Shown here: one piece after another, positions 8,663 through 15,687 of the stretch
Position numbering within the stretch: the stretch's first letter is position 1
Layout of the letters: every line of letters begins with the position of its first letter
IMG/VR virus record: IMGVR_UViG_3300010348_001764
Direction: 5' to 3' (one strand)
DNA length: 33,013 nucleotides
Source of the DNA: an uncultured virus (IMG/VR IMGVR_UViG_3300010348_001764)
Lineage: Duplodnaviria; Heunggongvirae; Uroviricota; Caudoviricetes
Program-made: the position numbers and the translations under genes
Notes under the pieces: generated by a model
What the model saw: only the letters and a program-made list of their open reading frames with translations
What the model was told of the DNA's origin: nothing
The model's database searches: none

Positions 8663-8946
8663 TGCAGTTCGAGACCTTCAACGTTATCGGCAGCCTCATG
8701 CTGCTGATCTGCTCGGTGCCGCAGGCCATCAAGTCCATCAAGGACGGGCACTCAGACGGCCTGTCGCGCATCATGCTGTGGCTGTGGCTGACGGGAATGG
8801 CGTTCTGTCTCGTGTTCTTCGTGCACGCGCAGATCTGGCCGACGGTCATCAACTACGCCTTCAACCTCTTCGTCGCTGGCACCATCACCTGGTACGCGTA
8901 CTTTCCAAGACAGCGCCAACGCCAAGATGTCAGCCAGGCAGTGTAA
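8662..8946 (+). CDS. PQ-loop / SemiSWEET-like 3-TM membrane protein
   Basis: 94 aa with three hydrophobic segments; PQ-loop signature ICSVPQAIKSIK...DGLS; WP..N in the third helix. Confidence 0.8.
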   Translation: MQFETFNVIGSLMLLICSVPQAIKSIKDGHSDGLSRIMLWLWLTGMAFCLVFFVHAQIWPTVINYAFNLFVAGTITWYAYFPRQRQRQDVSQAV

Positions 8947-8950
8947 ATAG
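8944..8950 (+). promoter_or_regulatory. T4-like late promoter TAAATAG
   Basis: Motif recurs upstream of many genes on both strands; resembles the T4 gp55 TATAAATA core. Confidence 0.75.
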
Positions 8951-9036
8951 CAGGTCACGGAATTTCTCCGTGGCATCAATGGGTCGGACCCACGGGTCCA
9001 TAAAGCGTCCAACGCATTCCCGCAACCTGCTAGGAG
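8948..9036 (+). promoter_or_regulatory. Structured leader: closing stem with internal hairpins, abutting the SD
   Basis: TAGCAGGT (8948-8955) pairs with ACCTGCTA (9025-9032); internal stems CACGGA/TCCGTG, GGACCC/GGGTCC and GCGT/ACGC. Confidence 0.5.
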
Positions 9037-9042
9037 AAACGC

Positions 9043-9471
9043 ATGGCTACTGCCCCAACCAAGATCGAGAAGCGTCCGACCGACCTTCACCACGTGTTCC
9101 TGATCGACTGGAACGATGACGGCATCCTGAAGGAAATCGCCGTCGTGATGGAAGCACCGGACGGCACCATCTACGGCATCGAGATCGACAAGCTTCACAG
9201 CATCGACAAGGCTCGTCTGAAGAAGTTCCTCGTGTCGGTACACGCAGACAAGTACCCGCTTTGGGACCTCCTGTCCCAGGGCAAGCTGAACAACGGCGTC
9301 AACCCGCTCGACTTCTTCCACATGAACTACGTGAAGGTCAAGCGTCCACGCGGTGCAGTTCTCGGCGGCGGCCTCGCTTCCGTTGAGATCTACAAGGACG
9401 AGGCGCAGATCGGCTCCGAGTTCACGAAGGGCGATCAGGGCACCGTTTCGGGCCAGATCCCTCGCGCGTAA
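9043..9471 (+). CDS. Hypothetical late protein (142 aa)
   Basis: AGGAG SD; lies between a late promoter and a terminator. Confidence 0.8.
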   Translation: MATAPTKIEKRPTDLHHVFLIDWNDDGILKEIAVVMEAPDGTIYGIEIDKLHSIDKARLKKFLVSVHADKYPLWDLLSQGKLNNGVNPLDFFHMNYVKVKRPRGAVLGGGLASVEIYKDEAQIGSEFTKGDQGTVSGQIPRA

Positions 9472-9493
9472 GAAGAGGACACCCTCTACCACA

Positions 9494-9522
9494 GATGGGG
9501 CCTTCGGGCCCCATCCTTTTTT
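9494..9522 (+). terminator. Rho-independent terminator with cUUCGg loop
   Basis: GATGGGGCC-TTCG-GGCCCCATC followed by CTTTTTT. Confidence 0.9.
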
Positions 9523-9556
9523 CAGGTTGTACTTTTGGGAGACAGCAGACTATAAT
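9522..9556 (+). promoter_or_regulatory. Sigma70-like promoter
   Basis: TTGTAC (9527-9532), 18-nt spacer, TATAAT (9551-9556); TCAGGTT at 9522-9528. Confidence 0.6.
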
Positions 9557-9606
9557 CAAACATCCTGGCCAGCATAAGGCCCAACTACAACTACCAAGGA
9601 GTAGCC

Positions 9607-10248
9607 ATGACCAAAGTCCTGACCGCGCTTACCCTTTTGGTTGCCGCTTTGATTGGCACCGCCGCGCAGCTCTACGACCGCTTCGTTCCAGAACCGGTCG
9701 CCAACTCTGTGATCGCTGAGAAGGCCGACAAGGCCGTAGGCGATCAAGTCGTTCAGGTCCTTCCCTCGAACATGTCTGACAAGCAGCACCGCCTGCTGAA
9801 CATGGCGTACGAGGTGGCAAAGGACAACGACTTCAAGAGCCCTGAAATCGTCCAAGCCATCCTGCTACAGGAGACCCACGCAGGTGGCCTCGCGAAGTAC
9901 AACGTCGCCAACCCTGGCCCTGACGCCTACTTCGGTCCCATGCAGATCAAGCTCGTTGCCGCTCGCGCGGTGCTGAACAGCTGGCCCTCGATGTACGGTG
10001 AGTACGGGTTCCACACTCGCACCGACGACGAGGTCAAGGCCAACCTGATCCTCAACGACCGCTTCAACCTCGACGTCGGCACGAAGTACCTCATCATCCT
10101 GATGAAGCGCTACGGCCTGAGCGGCCGAGAGCTCATGAACGCCTACAACCGTGGGCCGGCAGGTGTGAAGGAGGTCGACAGCGGCACCTTCCACTACGCC
10201 ATCGGTGCTGAGGCCAAGCTCGCCTCGCTGAAGGCACGTACCCGCTGA
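9607..10248 (+). CDS. SLT-family lytic transglycosylase with an N-terminal signal/anchor
   Basis: AILLQET (catalytic Glu), FGPMQI, NLDVGTKYL and AYNRGP; hydrophobic residues 4-22. Confidence 0.85.
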   Translation: MTKVLTALTLLVAALIGTAAQLYDRFVPEPVANSVIAEKADKAVGDQVVQVLPSNMSDKQHRLLNMAYEVAKDNDFKSPEIVQAILLQETHAGGLAKYNVANPGPDAYFGPMQIKLVAARAVLNSWPSMYGEYGFHTRTDDEVKANLILNDRFNLDVGTKYLIILMKRYGLSGRELMNAYNRGPAGVKEVDSGTFHYAIGAEAKLASLKARTR

Positions 10249-10256
10249 CCCTCGCT

Positions 10257-10290
10257 TCAGGTTAGCCCGCGCTGGCGGGTGTGCTACAAT
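10257..10290 (+). promoter_or_regulatory. Extended -10 promoter of the primase-helicase unit
   Basis: TCAGGTT at 10257-10263; TGTGCTACAAT ends 5 nt before ATG 10296. Confidence 0.65.
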
Positions 10291-10295
10291 GTAGC

Positions 10296-11291
10296 ATGCT
10301 CGAACAGCGCACGCTTGCTGACATCATCCGCTCAAAGGTCCCGCTTGGTTCTCAGAACCCGCGGGGCTTCTTTGACGTTCACTGCCCGATCTGCCACGAC
10401 AAGAAGCAGCGCGGCGGGTTCAAGTTCGACACCGAAAGCACGGGCTACAGCTGCTACAACTGCGGCGCCAAGTTCAAGTACGAGGAAGGTACCGGTCGGC
10501 TGTCAAGGAACGCGCGGCAGGTGCTTGAGGCCTTCGGCATCTCGCGTGAGGACCTCACCGCCCTTCCCTCTTCGCTGCTCAACCCCTCGCTGAACAAGGA
10601 AGCAGACGTCTCCCTTGATGAGCTGAAGCGCGTGAAGCTCTTCACCCCCGAGGTGGCGCTGCCGGACCGCAGCTTTCCGATCGGCTCAGAGGGCCATGAG
10701 GAGCTGCAGCTCCCGATCGCCGAGTACCTGCTCAGCCGTAGAGTGGACATCGACAAGCTCAAGCCGTACTTCAGCCTGGACCCGCGCTACCTGCGCCACG
10801 CCATCATTCCGTTCTGGAGAGATGGTAAGATCATCTACTGGCAGGCCCGTGCAATCGACGACGGTGTCAAGCGCCGCTACCTCAACTGCTCCATCGCCCG
10901 CGACGCGGTGCTGTTCGGCTACGATGAGCTCTACTCGTGGTCGCCGAAGCCGCTGTTCGTGTGCGAGGGGGTGTTCGACGCGGCGGTGCTGAACGGCATC
11001 GCGACCCTCGGCTCGAGCCTCAACGAGGCGAAGCTGGAGGTGCTGCGCAAGAGCCGGCGGCGCCTGATCTTCGTGATGGACCAGGACAAGACGGGTGACA
11101 GCTTCGCTACCACCGCCCTCGACAACGGGTGGGAGATCTCCTACCTCGACAAGACCGGCACCGACGCCAACAAGTCAGTGCAGCTCTATGGGTTGCCGTA
11201 CACGGTATGGGTGCTGCTGAAGAACGCGACCCGTGATCGCATCAAGCTGAGCATGGGCCACCTCAATTCACGACTACAAGGAAGGTTCTGA
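10296..11291 (+). CDS. DNA primase (T4 gp61-like)
   Basis: Zinc ribbon CPIC...CYNC; TOPRIM motifs EGVFDA and DQD; lies next to the helicase. Confidence 0.9.
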   Translation: MLEQRTLADIIRSKVPLGSQNPRGFFDVHCPICHDKKQRGGFKFDTESTGYSCYNCGAKFKYEEGTGRLSRNARQVLEAFGISREDLTALPSSLLNPSLNKEADVSLDELKRVKLFTPEVALPDRSFPIGSEGHEELQLPIAEYLLSRRVDIDKLKPYFSLDPRYLRHAIIPFWRDGKIIYWQARAIDDGVKRRYLNCSIARDAVLFGYDELYSWSPKPLFVCEGVFDAAVLNGIATLGSSLNEAKLEVLRKSRRRLIFVMDQDKTGDSFATTALDNGWEISYLDKTGTDANKSVQLYGLPYTVWVLLKNATRDRIKLSMGHLNSRLQGRF

Positions 11292-12670
11292 TGAACAACG
11301 GCGTTCCACTGATGGACGAGGAAGCGCAGCGCGGCTACATTGACGCGATGCTCTCCAACCCAGACATCTACGCGCGGGCCCACCACCTGCTGTCTCCAAC
11401 GTTCTTCGAGCCGCACCTGGCCAAGGGCGTGAAGTTCCTGACCGAGTACTTCCAGGAGAACCGCACGGTGGCGCCGAAGGCGGTGTTCAAGCTGGCGACC
11501 AAGCTGGATGCGCTTGATGCACCGCTCGTGCTGCGCGAGGACAAGGAGTGGATGCTCAAGCAGATCGCTGAGTTCTGTCGCTTCAAGGCTGTCATCGAGC
11601 AGGTGCAGAAGGCGGTAGGCCAGGGCGGCTACCTCGAGAAGGGCGACCTCGGCACGATGGTGTCCAAGCTGAAGGCTGCCACCGAGATGGGCATCGTCGC
11701 CGACCTGGGCATCGACTACTTCGAAGGCGTTGAGGAGCGCCTCGAGAGCTACGAGACCGAGGACCCCGTCATCAGCACGGGGTGGAAGTCCGTCGACGAC
11801 TTCATCGGCGGTGGTGTGGGTCGGCAGGAGCTGGTGCTCTTCCTCGCTCCCTCGGGCGGCGGCAAGTCCGTTGGCATGCTGAACCTCGCGCACAACTTCA
11901 TGCGGCAGGGCCTGAGCGGCGTCTACATCTCCCTTGAGATGAAGGACAAGAAGGTGTCGCTGCGTACCGACCAGATGCTGGCGCGCATGACGAGCGGCAT
12001 GATCTCGCTGAACAAGACCCAGGTGGCGCACGAGATCCACAAGTTCCACGAGCAGACGGGCGTCAAGTTCTTCATCAAGCGCATGCGCGAAAGCACGACG
12101 ACGGCCAACGACGTGGCTGCCTACCTTCGCGAGCTGAAGGCCCAGCGCGCCTTCCGACCGGACTGGATCGTGGTGGACTACATCGACATCATGGCGCCTG
12201 TGCAGAAGGGAGCTGGTGACAGCCTTTTCCTCAAGGACAAGTTCGTGTCTGAAGAGGTTCGCGCTCTCGGCTTCGACGAGAACGCCATCATGATCAGCGG
12301 CTCGCAGCTCGGCAAGCACGCCACCGAGGCGATCATGGAGGGCAAGCTCATTCACCAGGGCGACGTGCAGGGCGGTTCATCGAAGACCAACACCGCCGAC
12401 CTGATGATCTCGATGGAGAAGACCGAGGCCATGCACCAGGCCGGTGAGTACCGCTTCGGCTTCCCGAAGGCCCGCAATTCCGATGCCACGGGCAAGACGC
12501 TGCTGATGAAGTGGGACAAGACGTCGCTGCGCATCCACGACCACGTTCCTGATGAGGCGAAGCTGGAGCTGAAGCAGCGCCGCGGTCCGATCGCCATGTC
12601 CGACGTGCGACCGGGCCAGAAGCTGGACATCAACGCGATCATGAACCGGCCTCGTCCGGAGGGGGAGTAA
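11291..12670 (+). CDS. Replicative SF4 DNA helicase (T4 gp41/DnaB-like)
   Basis: ISTGW, Walker A APSGGGKS, ISLEM, Walker B VVDYID, SQL and KARN. Confidence 0.93.
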   Translation: MNNGVPLMDEEAQRGYIDAMLSNPDIYARAHHLLSPTFFEPHLAKGVKFLTEYFQENRTVAPKAVFKLATKLDALDAPLVLREDKEWMLKQIAEFCRFKAVIEQVQKAVGQGGYLEKGDLGTMVSKLKAATEMGIVADLGIDYFEGVEERLESYETEDPVISTGWKSVDDFIGGGVGRQELVLFLAPSGGGKSVGMLNLAHNFMRQGLSGVYISLEMKDKKVSLRTDQMLARMTSGMISLNKTQVAHEIHKFHEQTGVKFFIKRMRESTTTANDVAAYLRELKAQRAFRPDWIVVDYIDIMAPVQKGAGDSLFLKDKFVSEEVRALGFDENAIMISGSQLGKHATEAIMEGKLIHQGDVQGGSSKTNTADLMISMEKTEAMHQAGEYRFGFPKARNSDATGKTLLMKWDKTSLRIHDHVPDEAKLELKQRRGPIAMSDVRPGQKLDINAIMNRPRPEGE

Positions 12671-12673
12671 ATA
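12668..12673 (+). promoter_or_regulatory. Late promoter TAAATA overlapping the helicase stop
   Basis: TAAATA begins 10 nt before ATG 12678. Confidence 0.55.
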
Positions 12674-12677
12674 CGCC

Positions 12678-12917
12678 ATGGAACGAGACCGCAAACCACA
12701 GACCCTCCTCGCTGAGCTGGCCGACAAGGCCCTCGGCGGTCGCTATCTAACCGACGGCGTGTCTGTCTCTCGTGACAAGCCAGGCAGCATCATCGAGCGG
12801 CTCACGCCCGAGCAGCGCGAGCTGCTCAAGAAGCTGAAGGTAGAGGACATCGCCGATGCCCGTTGGCCCCGCCCTGACTACATCAACCTCGAGAAGATGC
12901 CTCGCCGGCTGACGTAA
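12678..12917 (+). CDS. Hypothetical protein (79 aa)
   Basis: Fills the space between two TAAATA motifs; genome-typical codons. Confidence 0.7.
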   Translation: MERDRKPQTLLAELADKALGGRYLTDGVSVSRDKPGSIIERLTPEQRELLKKLKVEDIADARWPRPDYINLEKMPRRLT

Positions 12918-12921
12918 ATAG
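12915..12921 (+). promoter_or_regulatory. Late promoter TAAATAG
   Basis: Overlaps the upstream TAA stop; precedes the SD TAGGAG and ATG 12960. Confidence 0.75.
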
Positions 12922-12959
12922 CACCGGTACCAACCCATACCCATCCCTAGGAGCATCCC

Positions 12960-13226
12960 ATGGCAGAACAAGCCCGCACCATCACCCTCGACGGCATCAC
13001 CTACGACCTGGCTCAGTTCAGCCAGGGCGTTCAGCAGGCCACCGACGTGTACAACTCCATCGCCGCTGACCTCAACAAGAGCCAGCTCGAGGTCATCAAG
13101 TGCCAGTCGGCCCTGCAGACCATCGGCGCCCAGATCAGCGCCGCCGTCCAGAAGGAGCTCGCCGAGAAGAAGGCTGCCAATGAGGCCGCCAACGAAGTTC
13201 CGGCTACCGACCCGTCGGCCGCCTAA
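12960..13226 (+). CDS. Small coiled-coil protein (DUF6447-like)
   Basis: ITLDGITYDLAQFS followed by a long helix; strong SD. Confidence 0.7.
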   Translation: MAEQARTITLDGITYDLAQFSQGVQQATDVYNSIAADLNKSQLEVIKCQSALQTIGAQISAAVQKELAEKKAANEAANEVPATDPSAA

Positions 13227-13244
13227 GCTGCGTCGCACCACCAA

Positions 13245-13276
13245 ACAGGGCAGGGAGGGCAACTTCCCTGCCCTGT
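13245..13276 (+). terminator. 14-bp GNRA-capped hairpin (terminator or 3' stabiliser; no U-tract)
   Basis: ACAGGGCAGGGAGG-GCAA-CTTCCCTGCCCTGT. Confidence 0.6.
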
Positions 13277-13280
13277 GCCG

Positions 13281-13287
13281 TAAATAG
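13281..13287 (+). promoter_or_regulatory. Late promoter TAAATAG
   Basis: Begins 10 nt before ATG 13291; no SD. Confidence 0.75.
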
Positions 13288-13290
13288 CGG

Positions 13291-15687
13291 ATGACACGCC
13301 CCCACGCACTTCTTGAAGGCATCACTCACCTGGAGGACCTGGACCTTCAGGCGTTCATCGCTGCTGTCAAGAACATCTCCAAGATGCAGGCCAGCGAGAA
13401 GCTCGATGGAGCCAACCTCTGGTTCGGTCTTGATGACGAAGGTCGCCTCTACACCTCTCGCGCCGGCAAGCGCCGCGCAGCTGAGAACATGTACGAGGAG
13501 AAGGACTACCCGTACTTCGCTGCCTACAACGGCTTTCGCTCGGCGCACGCCGCCCTGAAGCAGAAGGAGCGCGAGATCAAGGCCGTGCTGCGGGCCGGCG
13601 ACACGATCGAGATCGAGGTGCTGTTCGGTCGCCAGCCAAACGCCGTCACGTACGGCGCTGGTGGCAAGAACTACATCGCCTTCCTGCGCGGTGTTGAAGG
13701 AACCCCTGACACGATGGTGGACCTGCTGTCGACGCAGCTGAGCAACAGCTCCGTGTCGGTCAAGGTCGACCTCGTTGACAGCGTTGACGGCGTCAACCTC
13801 ACGCTGCAGCCCGCCGACGTGCAGTTCCAGTTCGTAGGTGCCCAGAAGATCGACACCGCGAAGCTGAAGGACACCGACGTCGCTAAGCACCTCGCGGCCC
13901 TTGAGAAGTTCCTGTCGCAGCAGGCAGCTCTGCCGAAGGGTGCACCGCACCCAGAGAGCATGACGAACTTTGACCTGCTGACCCGCACGCTCGGCTCCAT
14001 TCCGCAGGCCATTCGTCCGATGGCGAAGGAGCTCAAGGCGCAGCTGATGGCGAAGGTCATGGCGGACTTCAAGCTGCCCATCAAGAAGGAGCTGCTGGAC
14101 AAGTTCGTCAACCAGATCAAGTCGCCGCTTGCCGGTGATGACCTCACCCCTGACGAGGACATCGGCATCGAGGGCGTGGTGCTGAAGGACCCAACGACCG
14201 GCGAGCAGATCAAGCTGGTCGACAAGGACACCTTCACGACCGTCAACCAGTTTAACCACGCCGTTCGCAACAGCCTGTCTGGCACGATCAAGACGACTGA
14301 CAGCAATGCCAGCATCGAGAGCCGCGGCGGCCTGGTCGGCAACATGTACATCACGATCGCCGACCTGCTTGGAAACATCGGCCTGTCGCGCGGCGTATCG
14401 GCCCGCAAGGTCATGCAGACGGTCAAGGGCAAGGATCCAGAAGCGACCATCCGCAACCTCGCGAAGGAGCTGGGCAGCGACGACTACCTCGGTACCAAGC
14501 GCAAGGTGCTCGCGCTGATCGAGGAAACGCAGGCGCAGCTCGCCGGCGCGCTCGCTGACTTCAAGAAGCACAAGGACAGCTTCCGCCTGAAGCTGAAGTC
14601 AGGCAAGACGATTGGCCTGTCGCCTGAGATCATTCGTCGCACTCTCGTGTCGTTCGCTGAAACCAAGCGCAACATCGATGAGCTGCTTGAGAAGGTCAAG
14701 GGCACGAAGACGCTGGCTCAGCTGCTTGCCATCCTGTACGGTCGTCACGCCAAGGCGGTGTTCGCTACTGGTGATGAGGAGCCGGTTGCTGAAAGCCTGC
14801 TCAAGGACGCTGAAGAGGCGTACCTGATCGAGAAGCGCCACACCACCGACAAGGCCCTCTACCACGGCAAGGACGCCTTCCACCTGCTGAACACGTACAT
14901 GGCCACTGTCGCCATGTCGACGATCATCTACAAGGCCAAGGACAAGCTGGGCATCAAGCTGCTGCGCGACAAGACGCACATGCGCCTGAACAGCTGGAGC
15001 CCGGAGATGTCGCCTCTGAACTTCTGGGGCTACGTCATCTGGCGCAGCGGCACGCCTGCAGTCAAGAAGCTGCTGGGCAAGCAGGCCGCTGAGATCTTCC
15101 GCTTCGCCCGTCGCTGCCCACCGGCCTGGTGGAAGTTCCTCCACATCGACCTGAGCTTCGGTGCTGAGCGCCCGGCTGACTGGGTGCAGAACCGGAAGGC
15201 AATCACCTTCCTCCAGGCTTTCCCCGGTCTCAACATCGACCGCCTAAATAGCATCCTGGATGGCGCCTTCAACTACGACGAGCTGACCCTCGATCAGAAG
15301 GTGAAGCTGCACTCCAAGCTGTACTACTACGCGCAGCAGTTCGTAGGTAGCTCGCCGCTGCTGTACCGCATGCGAGCAATCAGCGATGAGCTGCTGCTGA
15401 ACGCAAACGACGAAAACTACCAGATGGTTGAAGGTATGAAGCTCCTGCAATCCATTACCGCGCTGAAGGAAGATGATGCGCCCTCGCTTGGTGCTGGTGG
15501 AGCCGCGCTTCCATCTGGCTCTGGCGCAGCTGCCGGTGCAGTTGGTGGCATGAGCGCCGCCACCTCTGCCGGCGACATTGCCTCCTACCCGAAGCCGCTC
15601 TTTGGTCAGAAGCAGATCATTCGCCGCAAGCGCAACCCCGAAGTCAAGCGCCTCAAGTTCCCGCGCCCAGAGGAGACAAAGAAGTGA
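13291..15687 (+). CDS. Large late protein with an N-terminal ligase-type nucleotidyltransferase-like domain (DUF6267-like); probable head-internal protein
   Basis: Motifs EKLDGAN (I), YTSR (Ia), EIEVLF (III), EGVVLK (IV) and KLVDK (V); N-terminal LLE-GITHLEDL; late promoter. Confidence 0.65.
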   Translation: MTRPHALLEGITHLEDLDLQAFIAAVKNISKMQASEKLDGANLWFGLDDEGRLYTSRAGKRRAAENMYEEKDYPYFAAYNGFRSAHAALKQKEREIKAVLRAGDTIEIEVLFGRQPNAVTYGAGGKNYIAFLRGVEGTPDTMVDLLSTQLSNSSVSVKVDLVDSVDGVNLTLQPADVQFQFVGAQKIDTAKLKDTDVAKHLAALEKFLSQQAALPKGAPHPESMTNFDLLTRTLGSIPQAIRPMAKELKAQLMAKVMADFKLPIKKELLDKFVNQIKSPLAGDDLTPDEDIGIEGVVLKDPTTGEQIKLVDKDTFTTVNQFNHAVRNSLSGTIKTTDSNASIESRGGLVGNMYITIADLLGNIGLSRGVSARKVMQTVKGKDPEATIRNLAKELGSDDYLGTKRKVLALIEETQAQLAGALADFKKHKDSFRLKLKSGKTIGLSPEIIRRTLVSFAETKRNIDELLEKVKGTKTLAQLLAILYGRHAKAVFATGDEEPVAESLLKDAEEAYLIEKRHTTDKALYHGKDAFHLLNTYMATVAMSTIIYKAKDKLGIKLLRDKTHMRLNSWSPEMSPLNFWGYVIWRSGTPAVKKLLGKQAAEIFRFARRCPPAWWKFLHIDLSFGAERPADWVQNRKAITFLQAFPGLNIDRLNSILDGAFNYDELTLDQKVKLHSKLYYYAQQFVGSSPLLYRMRAISDELLLNANDENYQMVEGMKLLQSITALKEDDAPSLGAGGAALPSGSGAAAGAVGGMSAATSAGDIASYPKPLFGQKQIIRRKRNPEVKRLKFPRPEETKK
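15245..15251 (+). promoter_or_regulatory. Intragenic late promoter TAAATAG
   Basis: Made from the rare codons CTA AAT in a GC3-rich gene, about 440 nt upstream of the next gene. Confidence 0.6.

Noticed and set aside
8948..9032. tRNA gene (cloverleaf-like fold)
   Set aside because: No T-loop GTTC, no proper anticodon arm and no CCA end; kept only as a structured leader
1951..12670. Intein or intron in the polymerase or helicase
   Set aside because: Motif spacing and lengths are normal, with no splice-junction signatures or frame breaks in the visible sequence
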